Shown: positions 8,217-17,049 of the stretch, in pieces
Position numbering within the stretch: the stretch's first letter is position 1
How the letters are laid out: each line of letters opens with the position of its first letter
Virus record (IMG/VR): IMGVR_UViG_3300029042_000255
Reading direction: 5' to 3' (one strand)
Origin: a virus
Lineage: Duplodnaviria > Heunggongvirae > Uroviricota > Caudoviricetes
Length of the DNA stretch: 27,433 nucleotides
Translations under genes and position numbers: made by a program
Notes under the pieces: generated by a model
Told to the model about the DNA's origin: nothing
Databases searched by the model: none
The model's input: only the letters and a program-made list of their open reading frames with translations

Positions 8217-8930
8217 TTATCTCGTGCCGCCGTAATGCAGGCTGCGCAGCTGCGCCTCCAGAATGCGGGCAAATTCAGCATCGCTGGCTCCCAGAAATGC
8301 GCGGGAGGGGATTTTGATTTCCCATACACGTTTTTTCTGCTCGCCTTTCAGAATGCTGATCACCAATCCGGCCTGCGCCATACTCATGTTTTCCATAATC
8401 CATTTCAGAGAAGGCTTTCTGCGTCCCCTGCGTCCGGTTTTTTTGCTGACTGCGCCGACGGGGGCGCGAAAGCCCAGAGAAAGAAGGCGTTCTGCCTGCC
8501 GTCGTGTGGCGGGACGGGTGCGCATGGCTTCGCTGTCCCGGCGTTTTGTGGCGCGGCCTTTGATGGTTGCGCCGTGCTGTTGCACCCACGCGACCGCCCC
8601 ACCATGAGAGCCGGTGTTGTAATCCCCTTTTTTGAAGAAAAGGCGGACACTTTTCCCGCTGCCGTCAACCCTGATGGCCAGCAGTTTCGGCAGTCCCAGC
8701 AGCATTTTGTTTTTATACCTGCCGCTGGCTTTATCCGGTCTTTTTCGTGGTGCCCAGGCTGCCCCCTCCGGTGTTCGCTGTGCTTTCACATTGCGTCGAG
8801 CAGCCGGTATCAGGCCGTATTTCGCAATGCGAACCAGCAGCTTTCTGGCCTTTGCCGGCGGAAGTTCTGCCTCTCTGATGGCGCGACGAACCTGCCGGAG
8901 TTGTGACTCGTTAATCACGGGGCGCGTCAT
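8217..8930 (-). CDS. virion morphogenesis / tail completion protein (P2 gpS / Mu gpG family-like)
   Basis: 237 aa, basic. ATG overlaps the stop of the R-like gene (ATGA). Contains a ...PEGAAWAPRKRP... segment recalling the virion-morphogenesis family. Confidence 0.45.
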   Translation of the reverse strand: MTRPVINESQLRQVRRAIREAELPPAKARKLLVRIAKYGLIPAARRNVKAQRTPEGAAWAPRKRPDKASGRYKNKMLLGLPKLLAIRVDGSGKSVRLFFKKGDYNTGSHGGAVAWVQQHGATIKGRATKRRDSEAMRTRPATRRQAERLLSLGFRAPVGAVSKKTGRRGRRKPSLKWIMENMSMAQAGLVISILKGEQKKRVWEIKIPSRAFLGASDAEFARILEAQLRSLHYGGTR

Positions 8931-9407
8931 GGCATCACCTGGCAGTGAAGCTGATGCGCCTGAGCCACCCAGATTTCAGGCTTTTCCAGCTGGTAACGTT
9001 TCCCGCCTCTGGGGATGGGGCCGTTTTCGTCCTCAACCAGGGTGATGGGATCAACCAGCGGCAGACTGATTTCCAGCCATGCCACTTCATTTTCATCATC
9101 CACTTCGACGTCAACGGCTGGNNNNNNNNNNNNNNNNNNNNNNNCGCTGGCGCAGGTCGCCGCCGTTGTCTGCCAGCCAGGCTTCAACCAGAGAAAACAC
9201 CAAATCTGGATTGAGCTGACGATAGGGCCATGCGTCCCATCGCAGAAAAGCCGTATATTTTCGGACCTGCGTACATAACTGCCCGTGCCCCAGCGACTTC
9301 GTAAACGGAACGAGCGTGATGTCATCCATGTCACTGGTGAACGGAATGCGTGCGCGTGCCGGCAGATTGTTTTCAATGAATGCCGTCAGGCTGGCGAGTT
9401 GCGTCAT
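8927..9407 (-). CDS. tail completion protein, P2 gpR-like; reading frame broken by an assembly gap
   Basis: The two track ORFs (9111..9407 and 8927..9376) are N- and C-terminal parts of one ~160-aa protein, in different frames across the N run. N-part motif LVEAWLADN resembles P2 gpR VLAWLREN. Confidence 0.5.
9122..9144. other. run of 23 N (unresolved bases / assembly gap)
   Basis: Literal n characters in the sequence. Confidence 1.
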
Positions 9408-9416
9408 ACCATTTCC

Positions 9417-9911
9417 TTAATCAATCAGCGCGATGGATGCACGCGGTCGGCCCAGCAGCGCCCGCACCGCCATGGCTGCTTCAGCCAGCAACGTCCGGCG
9501 GCTCTCGCTGGCTTCTGTTGATGACTGCGCCTCGCGCCGCCCCACGCTGGCAGATTCCGGCAAAAGATCGGCCTTTGCGCGGGCATACACAGCCTTGGTG
9601 TACAGTGCTGTAATGTGGTTCTGCATCCGTTGAGGCTGTGCATCCGTGTTGCGCGGCTCTGGTTGCAACACGGTGTAACCCGGAATATCAGTGGCCCGGA
9701 TGTAGCCCTGTTCCTGCCAGTATTCACGGCGTGCAGCCAGTTCAGTGTTAATCTCTGTTACCGCGCAAAGCAGCGCCGTCAGCACCGTTTCGTGTGACGT
9801 GACGGCGGGGATGCTGCGGCTCTTTTCAAAATCGCCGGCATCAATATCCGGCCAGAATCCATCGCTCTGAATAATGGCCTGTTGATAGTGAATGCTTTTC
9901 CCGTCAAACAT
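9417..9911 (-). CDS. L: head completion/stabilisation protein, P2 gpL-like
   Basis: 165 aa from ATG at 9911 (GGAGTGAG SD); the track ORF extends upstream. Contains NHITALYTKAVYARAKADLL...RREAQSSTEASE, resembling the gpL family core. Confidence 0.75.
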   Translation of the reverse strand: MFDGKSIHYQQAIIQSDGFWPDIDAGDFEKSRSIPAVTSHETVLTALLCAVTEINTELAARREYWQEQGYIRATDIPGYTVLQPEPRNTDAQPQRMQNHITALYTKAVYARAKADLLPESASVGRREAQSSTEASESRRTLLAEAAMAVRALLGRPRASIALID

Positions 9912-10009
9912 GCTCACTCCGGGGAAAGGCGGGCTGACCGGTTTCCGCAGTGTGCTGATGGCTTTTGCCGGCACACCTCCACCGCGCCCGCCCGGTTGTT
10001 GGGAGTCGT

Positions 10010-10720
10010 TTACGTGCCCTGCAACGCGCGCAGTCTTGCGGCAATGCGCTGGCGCAGGGTTTTCACCTGAATTTTGGGATGCAGCCAGGCAGCCCGTTCC
10101 AGGCACTGGTCGGCCTGTTGCAGTCTCTCCGGATCGTTAATTGCACTGGCCAGCGGTTTACCGTCATCGCCGCGCAGCAGCAGGACGCCTGCAAAGCGCC
10201 AGTAGCGGGCAGCAAGGCGTTCATTCACGCGCCATTTGTCACGGATTTTTTCAAACACCTGCTGAAAATATGGCGCGATACTGTTCCCGCGTTCAGCTTC
10301 GGTTTCTGCCCATTCAAGAATGAAATGGGCCACAAACGTTGGCAGCTCGCTTTTGAAGTTCTCCGGCGTCTTTTGCCCCTGCTCAATGGCAATGTCAGCC
10401 CACCGCAGCGCCATCTCAAACTGCCCGGTATCGAACAGCCAGATGATGCAGTACACCAGAATGGGATTCTGATAGACGCGTTCCCCCTCCAGATAAGCCT
10501 GTGCGTGTGGCAGCCAGCGGGGCAGCAGCGTGTTCCGTTTGAATTCCAGCTTGTCAGACAGCAGCTCCATGTTGTGCAGTTGTCTGATGTCGTTATTCAG
10601 TGCCAGCAGCTTAATGTGCTGGCTCTCTGTACTGACGGCGCTCCCGTCCGTTCTGGTCATGAGTGCTGCACGGCGCTCATCCATCTGTCGGGCACGTTGT
10701 CGCTGCATTGGCGTTGGCAT
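10010..10720 (-). CDS. M: terminase small (endonuclease) subunit, P2 gpM-like
   Basis: 236 aa. Position between capsid N and L is P2 head-operon synteny. Confidence 0.75.
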   Translation of the reverse strand: MPTPMQRQRARQMDERRAALMTRTDGSAVSTESQHIKLLALNNDIRQLHNMELLSDKLEFKRNTLLPRWLPHAQAYLEGERVYQNPILVYCIIWLFDTGQFEMALRWADIAIEQGQKTPENFKSELPTFVAHFILEWAETEAERGNSIAPYFQQVFEKIRDKWRVNERLAARYWRFAGVLLLRGDDGKPLASAINDPERLQQADQCLERAAWLHPKIQVKTLRQRIAARLRALQGT

Positions 10721-10737
10721 ACCGCGCGCTCCGTTTA

Positions 10738-11751
10738 TCAGGCGATGGTTACCGCAGACTCATCCACGGCAGCATATAAATCCGGATCGCCCAGGGCGTA
10801 ACCCTCATAACGCCAGTATGAGTTTTCGAACTGTTTGCGATCGCCCACATCTTCTGCCTTACGACGGCGGGACCCTTTCAGCGTCAGGATCTGCAGATTT
10901 GGCAGCATGGTCACTACCATACGCTTGCCCGGCATAAACGGCGGAATGATGGCCTTGCGGCCTGCGATGTTCTTCGTCAGCAGCTGTGCGGCCACTTTTT
11001 CGGTAGGCTTGTCCTCTTTGTTGTAGAGGCGCAGTTCTTCAGCAGCCACAAGGTCTGCGCCAACCAGCACGGTAAGGCGAGGATCGTTGTGATACTGCGC
11101 CGGGATGTAAGTGCGGATCAGGTCTGAGGCCATAGCGTCAAGACCGACATAATCACCGCCTTCGCCCAGGGTAACGGCGTCCGTCAGAATACGGGAGGTA
11201 TTGCCGGGCTGTTCTCCCCATTTTCTGGCGATTTCATGCCATCCGATGTTGACGTCTTCACCGTTCGGATTACTTTCAGGATCGGAGTTTTCTGCGGCTG
11301 TTTTACCGTTAAAGCCAATGCGCAGCATATCCAGCGCAAAGTTGGTGACGGCGGCGGAGTTCATCAGATTGAAAAATTCCTGCGGGCTGCCGGCATTCGC
11401 CCAGATGGCGAGTTGTTCCCAGGTGATCACACAGCAGGAATCAGTTTCAACGAGTTTGAATTCGTTGCCTTTGATGCCCGAACCTTTGGCGAAACGACCA
11501 CTTTTCACGCGACCAGTGCGCAGCGTGGATTCGCCCACGGTGACGACCTGCCCCTGCGGGTGCGGAACATCCATGCAGGTGGTGAAATTCAGAAACTCCG
11601 TGCTTTCCAGCAGGGCTTTACGCAGAGCAATACTGCGTGGCTCGGTCAGCGAAAAGAAACGATCGCTTGATTTCCCGCAGTCACTGAATGTTTTTTGCAG
11701 TTCGCTGATGTACTGATTAACCAGCTTTTGTGCTTCTGGTGTCATGTTCAT
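10738..11751 (-). CDS. N: major capsid protein, P2 gpN-like
   Basis: 337 aa. Follows the scaffold gene as in the P2 O-N-M-L operon. Confidence 0.8.
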   Translation of the reverse strand: MNMTPEAQKLVNQYISELQKTFSDCGKSSDRFFSLTEPRSIALRKALLESTEFLNFTTCMDVPHPQGQVVTVGESTLRTGRVKSGRFAKGSGIKGNEFKLVETDSCCVITWEQLAIWANAGSPQEFFNLMNSAAVTNFALDMLRIGFNGKTAAENSDPESNPNGEDVNIGWHEIARKWGEQPGNTSRILTDAVTLGEGGDYVGLDAMASDLIRTYIPAQYHNDPRLTVLVGADLVAAEELRLYNKEDKPTEKVAAQLLTKNIAGRKAIIPPFMPGKRMVVTMLPNLQILTLKGSRRRKAEDVGDRKQFENSYWRYEGYALGDPDLYAAVDESAVTIA

Positions 11752-11765
11752 TGCGTTCTCTCCGG

Positions 11766-12656
11766 TTACACCAGGTTAAAAGTTTCGCCACCGGCCGGAT
11801 TGTTGCCCGGCAGCTTCGTGGCGTCCTTGCTGAGTTCAGCAAATGCGGTTTCCATACTGGTGACTTTCTCCGCGATGGCGTTCACCGTGGAGAACAGCTT
11901 TTCGCCCTGCTCGGTGGTCAGCGTGAAGGTTTTGTCGTCCTTGTTGTTCTGTTCTGCGTTGTCCTGCCCCTGATCGCCGGTGCTGCCTTCCGGCTTGTTA
12001 TCACCGGTATCTTTCGGGGCATCCTTCGCGCTGAACTGCGCGACGTTTTCTTCCAGTTTGCCCAAGCGTTCGCCGGTTTTGTTGATGGCGTCCATCAACT
12101 GACCGAACTGTTTTTCGTTCATATCGTTTTCCTGTTTGTTGCGTCCCACGGAGAAAAGGCCGGAAAAGAAACTGCGTTTGGCCTGCTCGTCGTCAGACTG
12201 CAGCGTGAAATTCAGTTCTTCTGCATTCCCCATGTGAATGGAGTCTCCCTGCGAAAATTGCAGGCGGGTGGTGTTGATGCTGGCCGGAGTGTCAGTTACA
12301 GCGATGCCGGATACAAAGAATTTGCCTGTTCCCAGGTAGTTTTCCTTTACCTCTATGGAGGTGAAAAGTTTTTGCCCGGCCTCGTTGGCTTCGGTCAGAA
12401 AGCGGTTGGGTATCAGGCGGGCTTTCAGTTGCACTTTATCACCGGCTTTTTCTGCCTTCAGTGCATCAACAAGACCATAGTTATTGGTGAAAGCACGCCA
12501 GCCGGCGCTGGCATGAAACGGCCAGAGCATGGCAGTGTGTTCGTCCGGGTTATAAACCTCGGCGGCATCCGTCAGCCACTTTGGATCAATTTCCCGACCG
12601 TCGATGGTGGGGCCTGAAGTGGCTACGACCACCCAGTCTGTTTTCAGTTTCGACAT
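11766..12656 (-). CDS. O: capsid scaffolding protein, P2 gpO-like
   Basis: 296 aa. Motifs GREIDPKWLTDAAEVYNP, LVDALKAEKAGDK and GKFFVSGIAVTDTPAS parallel P2 gpO; acidic coiled C-terminal half. Confidence 0.8.
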   Translation of the reverse strand: MSKLKTDWVVVATSGPTIDGREIDPKWLTDAAEVYNPDEHTAMLWPFHASAGWRAFTNNYGLVDALKAEKAGDKVQLKARLIPNRFLTEANEAGQKLFTSIEVKENYLGTGKFFVSGIAVTDTPASINTTRLQFSQGDSIHMGNAEELNFTLQSDDEQAKRSFFSGLFSVGRNKQENDMNEKQFGQLMDAINKTGERLGKLEENVAQFSAKDAPKDTGDNKPEGSTGDQGQDNAEQNNKDDKTFTLTTEQGEKLFSTVNAIAEKVTSMETAFAELSKDATKLPGNNPAGGETFNLV

Positions 12657-12738
12657 CTGAATTAACCCGCTGATAAAAATTAACTGAGCGTTATTTAAGT
12701 GGGAAATAAAAAAACCGTCACCTGATTAATTTCCGGTG

Positions 12739-12766
12739 TTTTCGGATATACGCATATATCCGAAAA
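12739..12766. promoter_or_regulatory. perfect 12-bp palindrome (TTTTCGGATATA-cgca-TATATCCGAAAA) in the divergent O/P late-promoter region
   Basis: Read directly from the 194-bp AT-rich intergenic region between O (minus) and P (plus); followed by a short CCGAAA direct repeat. Confidence 0.5.
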
Positions 12767-12850
12767 ATACCGAAACGCGATATTCGTTTTTAAAAAGGCC
12801 TTTACTGAAAATGCATAAATTAAAATGGCATCAGCAGAGATTGATTATTT

Positions 12851-14635
12851 ATGGCGTACTCTGATGAAGTGATTGCTGCAGCAAAATCACTCTATCTGAA
12901 AAGGCACACCCCAAAAGAAATACAAAAGAAGCTCGGACTGAACAGCCCGCGAATTGTTTATTACTGGGCGACAAAGTTTGAGTGGTACACACAGCTTAAT
13001 ACTGAGGGCGTGGAGGATGTCATCGCCCGGCGTCTCGCTGTACTGGCGGAGCGTGACCATAAAACCCAGGAAGAGCACGATGAACTCGATCGCCTGATTG
13101 GCCACCACGTCAAACTGATGTCGGTCAGGAACAAGCACACAGAACGAATGGCCGAGATAGAACGAATGGGGGCTGATATTCCCCGGTCTGGCCGTTATGG
13201 AAAAGAAGAGCGCGGAGAAAAAGACGCGGATAAGAAAGAGCGTCGTCGTAAAGCTAATGATGTGTCAGGGCTGACAGCAGAGAGTTTTGAGCCGTTTACC
13301 AAAAAACTGTTCGCTTATCAGTTGCATCTGCGTGAAAACAAATTCCGTCGTGTACGCAACCTGCTTAAATCGCGCCAGATTGGGGCGACGTATTACTTCG
13401 CGTTTGAGGCGTTCGAAGATGCGGTATTAACCGGCGACACACAGATATTTTTATCGGCATCAAAACGTCAGGCCGAAGTGTTCCGCACCTATATCGTTAA
13501 GATTGCACAGACGGAATTTGGCATTCCCATTAAAGGCAACCCGGTTAAGTTAAGTAATCTGGCTGAACTGTATTTTCTGGCGACCAACAGTAACACGGCG
13601 CAGTCAAACAGCGGCCACCTGTACATTGACGAATATCTGTGGATCCCCGGCTTTCGTCGCCTCAATGAAGTGGCGTCCGGTATGGCCACCCACTCGCACT
13701 GGCGCATTACCTACTTCTCCACGCCGTCAACCAAAACCCATCAGGGCTATCCGTTCTGGTCTGGCGATGAATGGCGCAAAGGCGATCCGAAACGAAAAGG
13801 GGTTGAGTTTCCGTCCTTTGATGAGCTGCGCGATGGCGGGCGCGAATGCCCGGATGGCCAGTGGCGCTATGTGGTGACAATGGAAGATGCCATTGCCGGC
13901 GGCTTTAACCTTGCTGACATCAACGAACTGCGCGAGCGGTACAACGAAACAGCCTTCAATATGCTGTTTATGTGCGTGTTTGTGGATGACAAAGAGAGCG
14001 TCTTTAAATTCGATGACCTCGTGCGCTGTGGCGTTGATATCAGTACGTGGGAGGATTTTCACCCGGAAGATGCCATGCCATTTGGAAACCGTGAAGTGTG
14101 GGGCGGCTTTGACCCTGCGCGCTCCGGCGATAACGCCACGTTTGTGGTGCTGGCACCACCGCTGGTTGCGGCAGAACGATTCCGCGTGCTGGAAAAACAC
14201 CACTGGCGGAGTATGTCATTCCAGTTTATGGCAGAGCGTATCCGCAGCATTAAGGCGCGCTATAACATGACGTTTATCGGCATTGATGTTACCGGGCTTG
14301 GCTATGGTGTCTTTGAGCTGGTTCAGGGATTTGCCCGCCGTGAAACAGTGGCCATTCATTACAGTGTTGAATCCAAAAACCGCCTGGTGATGAAGATGCT
14401 GGATCTGATTTACGCCAACCGTATTGAGTGGGATGAGGAAGCCACAGATATTCCGGCATCATTTCTGGCCATCCGTCAGGAATCCACCAACAGTGGCAAT
14501 AAAGTTACTTTTACCGCTGAACGTAGCGAAGAAACCGGGCACGCTGACATCTTCTTTGCCATCGCCCATGCAGCAAGTAACGAACCCCTGAACTATAAGC
14601 ACAAGCGCAAATCAACATGGATCTTTCCTGCATGA
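12851..14635 (+). CDS. P: terminase large (ATPase) subunit, P2 gpP-like
   Basis: 594 aa. Strong resemblance to P2 gpP around LKSRQIGATYYFAFEAFEDAVLTGDTQIFLSASKRQAEVF. Confidence 0.9.
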   Translation: MAYSDEVIAAAKSLYLKRHTPKEIQKKLGLNSPRIVYYWATKFEWYTQLNTEGVEDVIARRLAVLAERDHKTQEEHDELDRLIGHHVKLMSVRNKHTERMAEIERMGADIPRSGRYGKEERGEKDADKKERRRKANDVSGLTAESFEPFTKKLFAYQLHLRENKFRRVRNLLKSRQIGATYYFAFEAFEDAVLTGDTQIFLSASKRQAEVFRTYIVKIAQTEFGIPIKGNPVKLSNLAELYFLATNSNTAQSNSGHLYIDEYLWIPGFRRLNEVASGMATHSHWRITYFSTPSTKTHQGYPFWSGDEWRKGDPKRKGVEFPSFDELRDGGRECPDGQWRYVVTMEDAIAGGFNLADINELRERYNETAFNMLFMCVFVDDKESVFKFDDLVRCGVDISTWEDFHPEDAMPFGNREVWGGFDPARSGDNATFVVLAPPLVAAERFRVLEKHHWRSMSFQFMAERIRSIKARYNMTFIGIDVTGLGYGVFELVQGFARRETVAIHYSVESKNRLVMKMLDLIYANRIEWDEEATDIPASFLAIRQESTNSGNKVTFTAERSEETGHADIFFAIAHAASNEPLNYKHKRKSTWIFPA

Positions 14636-15666
14636 GTAAAAAGAAAAAACACCCGGTCAGAGATAAGGTTGTCATGAAAGAGGGAGTCGGCAAAATGACG
14701 TTTATTGAATTTGGTGACCCGGAACCGGTCGCTGCATGGGGCTGTTATTACGGCTCGCTCTGGGATGGCTATAACGGCTGGTACACGCCGCCCATTGAGC
14801 GCATGGATCTCGCCATGTTGTCCAATATCGCGCCGTATCACGGCGCGGTATTGCGTGCGCGCGTGAATATGATCATGCAGGGTTTTCGGGGTGGTGGTGG
14901 TATGACACACGCCGCCATGGCGGCAGCGGTGACCAATCTGCTGATATTCGGGGATATGGGGCTGCTTAAAGTGCGCAATGGCTTCGGTCGGGTGGTGCGC
15001 CTGCATACACTGCCGTCGCTGTACCTGCGGCGTAACAACGAGGGGGGCACGGTGATTGTGCAGGCGGCACTGGAAGATCTCGTTTACCCGCCAGGCGAAG
15101 TGGTGTTCTTGGCCATTTATGACCCGCAACAGCAGGTTTACGGTGTCCCGGATTATATCCACGGGATGGAGTCGGCGATGCTGAATGTGGATGCCACACG
15201 CTTTCGCCGCAAATATTACAAAAACGGCGCGCATCTGGGTTATATCCTGTATTCCACTGATCCCAATATGACGCCTGAGCTTGAGGCGGAATTTCGTAAA
15301 GAGATTGAAAACTCGAAAGGTGCTGGCAATTTTAAGTCCATGTTTATCAACATAGCTGGCGGAGACAAGGAAGGGGTTAAGGTTATCCCTATCGGGGATT
15401 CAGGCACAAAAGATGAGTTCCTGAATATAAAAACCATCAGTGCCCAGGATCAGCTCGTTGCGCACCGTTTTCCACCCGGACTTGCCGGCATCATTCCCGC
15501 AAATACGGCCGGGCTTGGTGACCCACTGAAATCCCGCGAGGCATATTACAGGGATGAGGTTATCCCGATGCGCCGCCTGATTATGGAGGGGATCAACAGC
15601 GACCCGGATATCAGACGACTGGGGGAGGTGAAATTTATTCTTGATTTTGATGAACCCATGGAGTGA
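14632..15666 (+). CDS. Q: portal (capsid) protein, P2 gpQ-like
   Basis: 344 aa from the ATG overlapping the terminase stop (ATGA); an upstream ATG at 14617 is the alternative. Co-oriented with P as in P2. Confidence 0.8.
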   Translation: MSKKKKHPVRDKVVMKEGVGKMTFIEFGDPEPVAAWGCYYGSLWDGYNGWYTPPIERMDLAMLSNIAPYHGAVLRARVNMIMQGFRGGGGMTHAAMAAAVTNLLIFGDMGLLKVRNGFGRVVRLHTLPSLYLRRNNEGGTVIVQAALEDLVYPPGEVVFLAIYDPQQQVYGVPDYIHGMESAMLNVDATRFRRKYYKNGAHLGYILYSTDPNMTPELEAEFRKEIENSKGAGNFKSMFINIAGGDKEGVKVIPIGDSGTKDEFLNIKTISAQDQLVAHRFPPGLAGIIPANTAGLGDPLKSREAYYRDEVIPMRRLIMEGINSDPDIRRLGEVKFILDFDEPME

Positions 15667-15731
15667 TGTGCGGTATGGGGAAAGAGCGGGTAAAATCGGT
15701 GGCAGTAAAACGCTGTTCCGGGAGGTGGAAA

Positions 15732-15989
15732 ATGCGCAGACAGAAAGCGCGATGTCATTGCTGCGGTGCACATGCAGTGATTGAGAAAACAGCCTGGAAA
15801 ACCGATCTGTTTGCTGATGTGTATTACCGTTGCACCCGTCTCGAGTGCGGACATACCTGGGTGATGAATCTGACCTACTCGCACACACTGGTGCCCAGCG
15901 GGCTGGAGAATGGTGTGTTAAAGCTGTTGATTGAGCGGATGCGTCCGGAAGAAAAACAAATGGCTCTGGAGTTGTTGCAGGCCGGATAG
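15732..15989 (+). CDS. ogr: late-gene transcriptional activator, Ogr/Delta zinc-finger family
   Basis: 85 aa from ATG with GGAGGTGG SD. Exact C-x2-C-x22-C-x4-C spacing (CHCCGAHAVIEKTAWKTDLFADVYYRCTRLEC) diagnostic of Ogr/Delta/B activators. Confidence 0.8.
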   Translation: MRRQKARCHCCGAHAVIEKTAWKTDLFADVYYRCTRLECGHTWVMNLTYSHTLVPSGLENGVLKLLIERMRPEEKQMALELLQAG

Positions 15990-16009
15990 CTGACGCGCTT
16001 CGCTTGTCC

Positions 16010-16062
16010 AACCCGGAACGGGCGCACAAAGAATTTGCGCACCCGTTCCGGGTTTTCTTATT
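16010..16062 (+). terminator. intrinsic terminator: 13-bp perfect stem (AACCCGGAACGGG / CCCGTTCCGGGTT) followed by TTCTTATT
   Basis: Read directly. Lies between the ogr stop (15989) and the stop of the convergent Rrf2-like gene (16058). Confidence 0.75.
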
Positions 16063-16417
16063 CAATGGCAGACAACTGATAATTTGTGTCTTCCTGCAGG
16101 CTGGTTAAAGAAATATTATCCAGTGCAGCCAGAATAACGTGCTGTGTATATAATCCGGAACATTTCATTGCCCGGACAATATCACCAACACTGTAATTTT
16201 CTTTTGTTGGGATATATCCACCACCCGGGCCGCGTGTGGCTTTTACCAGGCTACTTTCCCGTAAATATCTGAATATTTGCTCCAGATATGACAGTGAAAC
16301 GGTTTCTTTGCTTAATTGCCGGAGCGAGATTGGCTTTCCGGTGTACTGTTTCACAAATTTAATCATTACCATAACTGCAACTGATGCACGCTGGCTTCCG
16401 GAATTATCTTTCATCAT
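16058..16417 (-). CDS. Rrf2-family winged-helix transcriptional regulator (short form, no Cys cluster)
   Basis: About 120 aa. Rrf2 signature ...SLSYLEQIFRYLRESSLVKATRGPGGGY...; start at the MMKD ATG pair. Confidence 0.6.
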   Translation of the reverse strand: MMKDNSGSQRASVAVMVMIKFVKQYTGKPISLRQLSKETVSLSYLEQIFRYLRESSLVKATRGPGGGYIPTKENYSVGDIVRAMKCSGLYTQHVILAALDNISLTSLQEDTNYQLSAIE

Positions 16418-16428
16418 GATTACTTCCA

Positions 16429-16716
16429 TTAATGGCATAAATTGATGGAGCGGGTCAGTGAATAAAGAGGCAATACATTCCATCCCTTAGAGCGCCAGCT
16501 GTCTGCAACATCTTTACTTCTTGTTATCGCCGGTATTCCAATAGGATTATTTGCGTGCATCCATGCCACTGGCTCTGCTTCCAGTGATGCAAGTGCGATT
16601 TCCAGTGCGATTAACATATTGTGATCGTCTTCATCAAGACCGAACGGGATGTCTTCGCGCCACGATTTAAACTCTGTGATTTTACGTTGTAACCATTCTT
16701 TGGTAATGGTGGACAT
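16429..16716 (-). CDS. hypothetical protein, 95 aa
   Basis: ATG at 16716 with AGGAG SD 5 nt upstream. Starts 14 nt after the ParR-like stop; its stop is 11 nt before the Rrf2-like start. Confidence 0.5.
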   Translation of the reverse strand: MSTITKEWLQRKITEFKSWREDIPFGLDEDDHNMLIALEIALASLEAEPVAWMHANNPIGIPAITRSKDVADSWRSKGWNVLPLYSLTRSINLCH

Positions 16717-16730
16717 AGTTACTCCTGTTT

Positions 16731-17045
16731 TCACTTCGGGAAAAACGCCTGAATATTCTTTTTCACCTGCTGCATATGGGGGGCGCTGTCTGCTGCTGGT
16801 TGCGCCGGTTTTTCAGGCTGTACTGGTAGCGGTGGCATCCTTATTTCGTCTTCTGACCATTCTGCCAGCGAATACGCCAACGCGGGGGTGCGTTTTATAA
16901 GAGCCAGTCCAGCCAGAAAAGCCGCGCGTTGTGCGCGGCTGCGTTCGGAGGCTGGCAGGCTGTCGAGGTAACTGCACGCCTCCCGTTCGCTCTTGACGAC
17001 GGCGGGCTTCAGATAGAAACTTATCCGTCTGGTTGGTGTCGTCAT
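16731..17045 (-). CDS. parR: ParR-like centromere-binding protein (type II partition adaptor)
   Basis: 104 aa from ATG at 17045 (AGGAG SD inside the last ParM codons). DSLPASERSRAQRAAFLAGLAL closely parallels R1 ParR DSIPQGERSRLNRAALTAGLAL. Confidence 0.65.
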   Translation of the reverse strand: MTTPTRRISFYLKPAVVKSEREACSYLDSLPASERSRAQRAAFLAGLALIKRTPALAYSLAEWSEDEIRMPPLPVQPEKPAQPAADSAPHMQQVKKNIQAFFPK

Positions 17046-17049
17046 TGAT

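Noticed and set aside
7995-8906. 303-aa plus-strand ORF and other long plus-strand ORFs inside minus-strand structural genes (for example 9965..10801, 11730..12617, 17092..17748, 18441..18893)
   Set aside because: Antisense frames of recognisable phage genes, typical of GC-rich coding DNA; no SDs and no family resemblance.
9915-9935. Second GGGGAAAG-containing motif (CCGGGGAAAGGCGGG) resembling the cos core
   Set aside because: Lies in the leader of the L gene, inside the head operon, an unlikely place for cos; probably chance similarity to a short G-rich motif.
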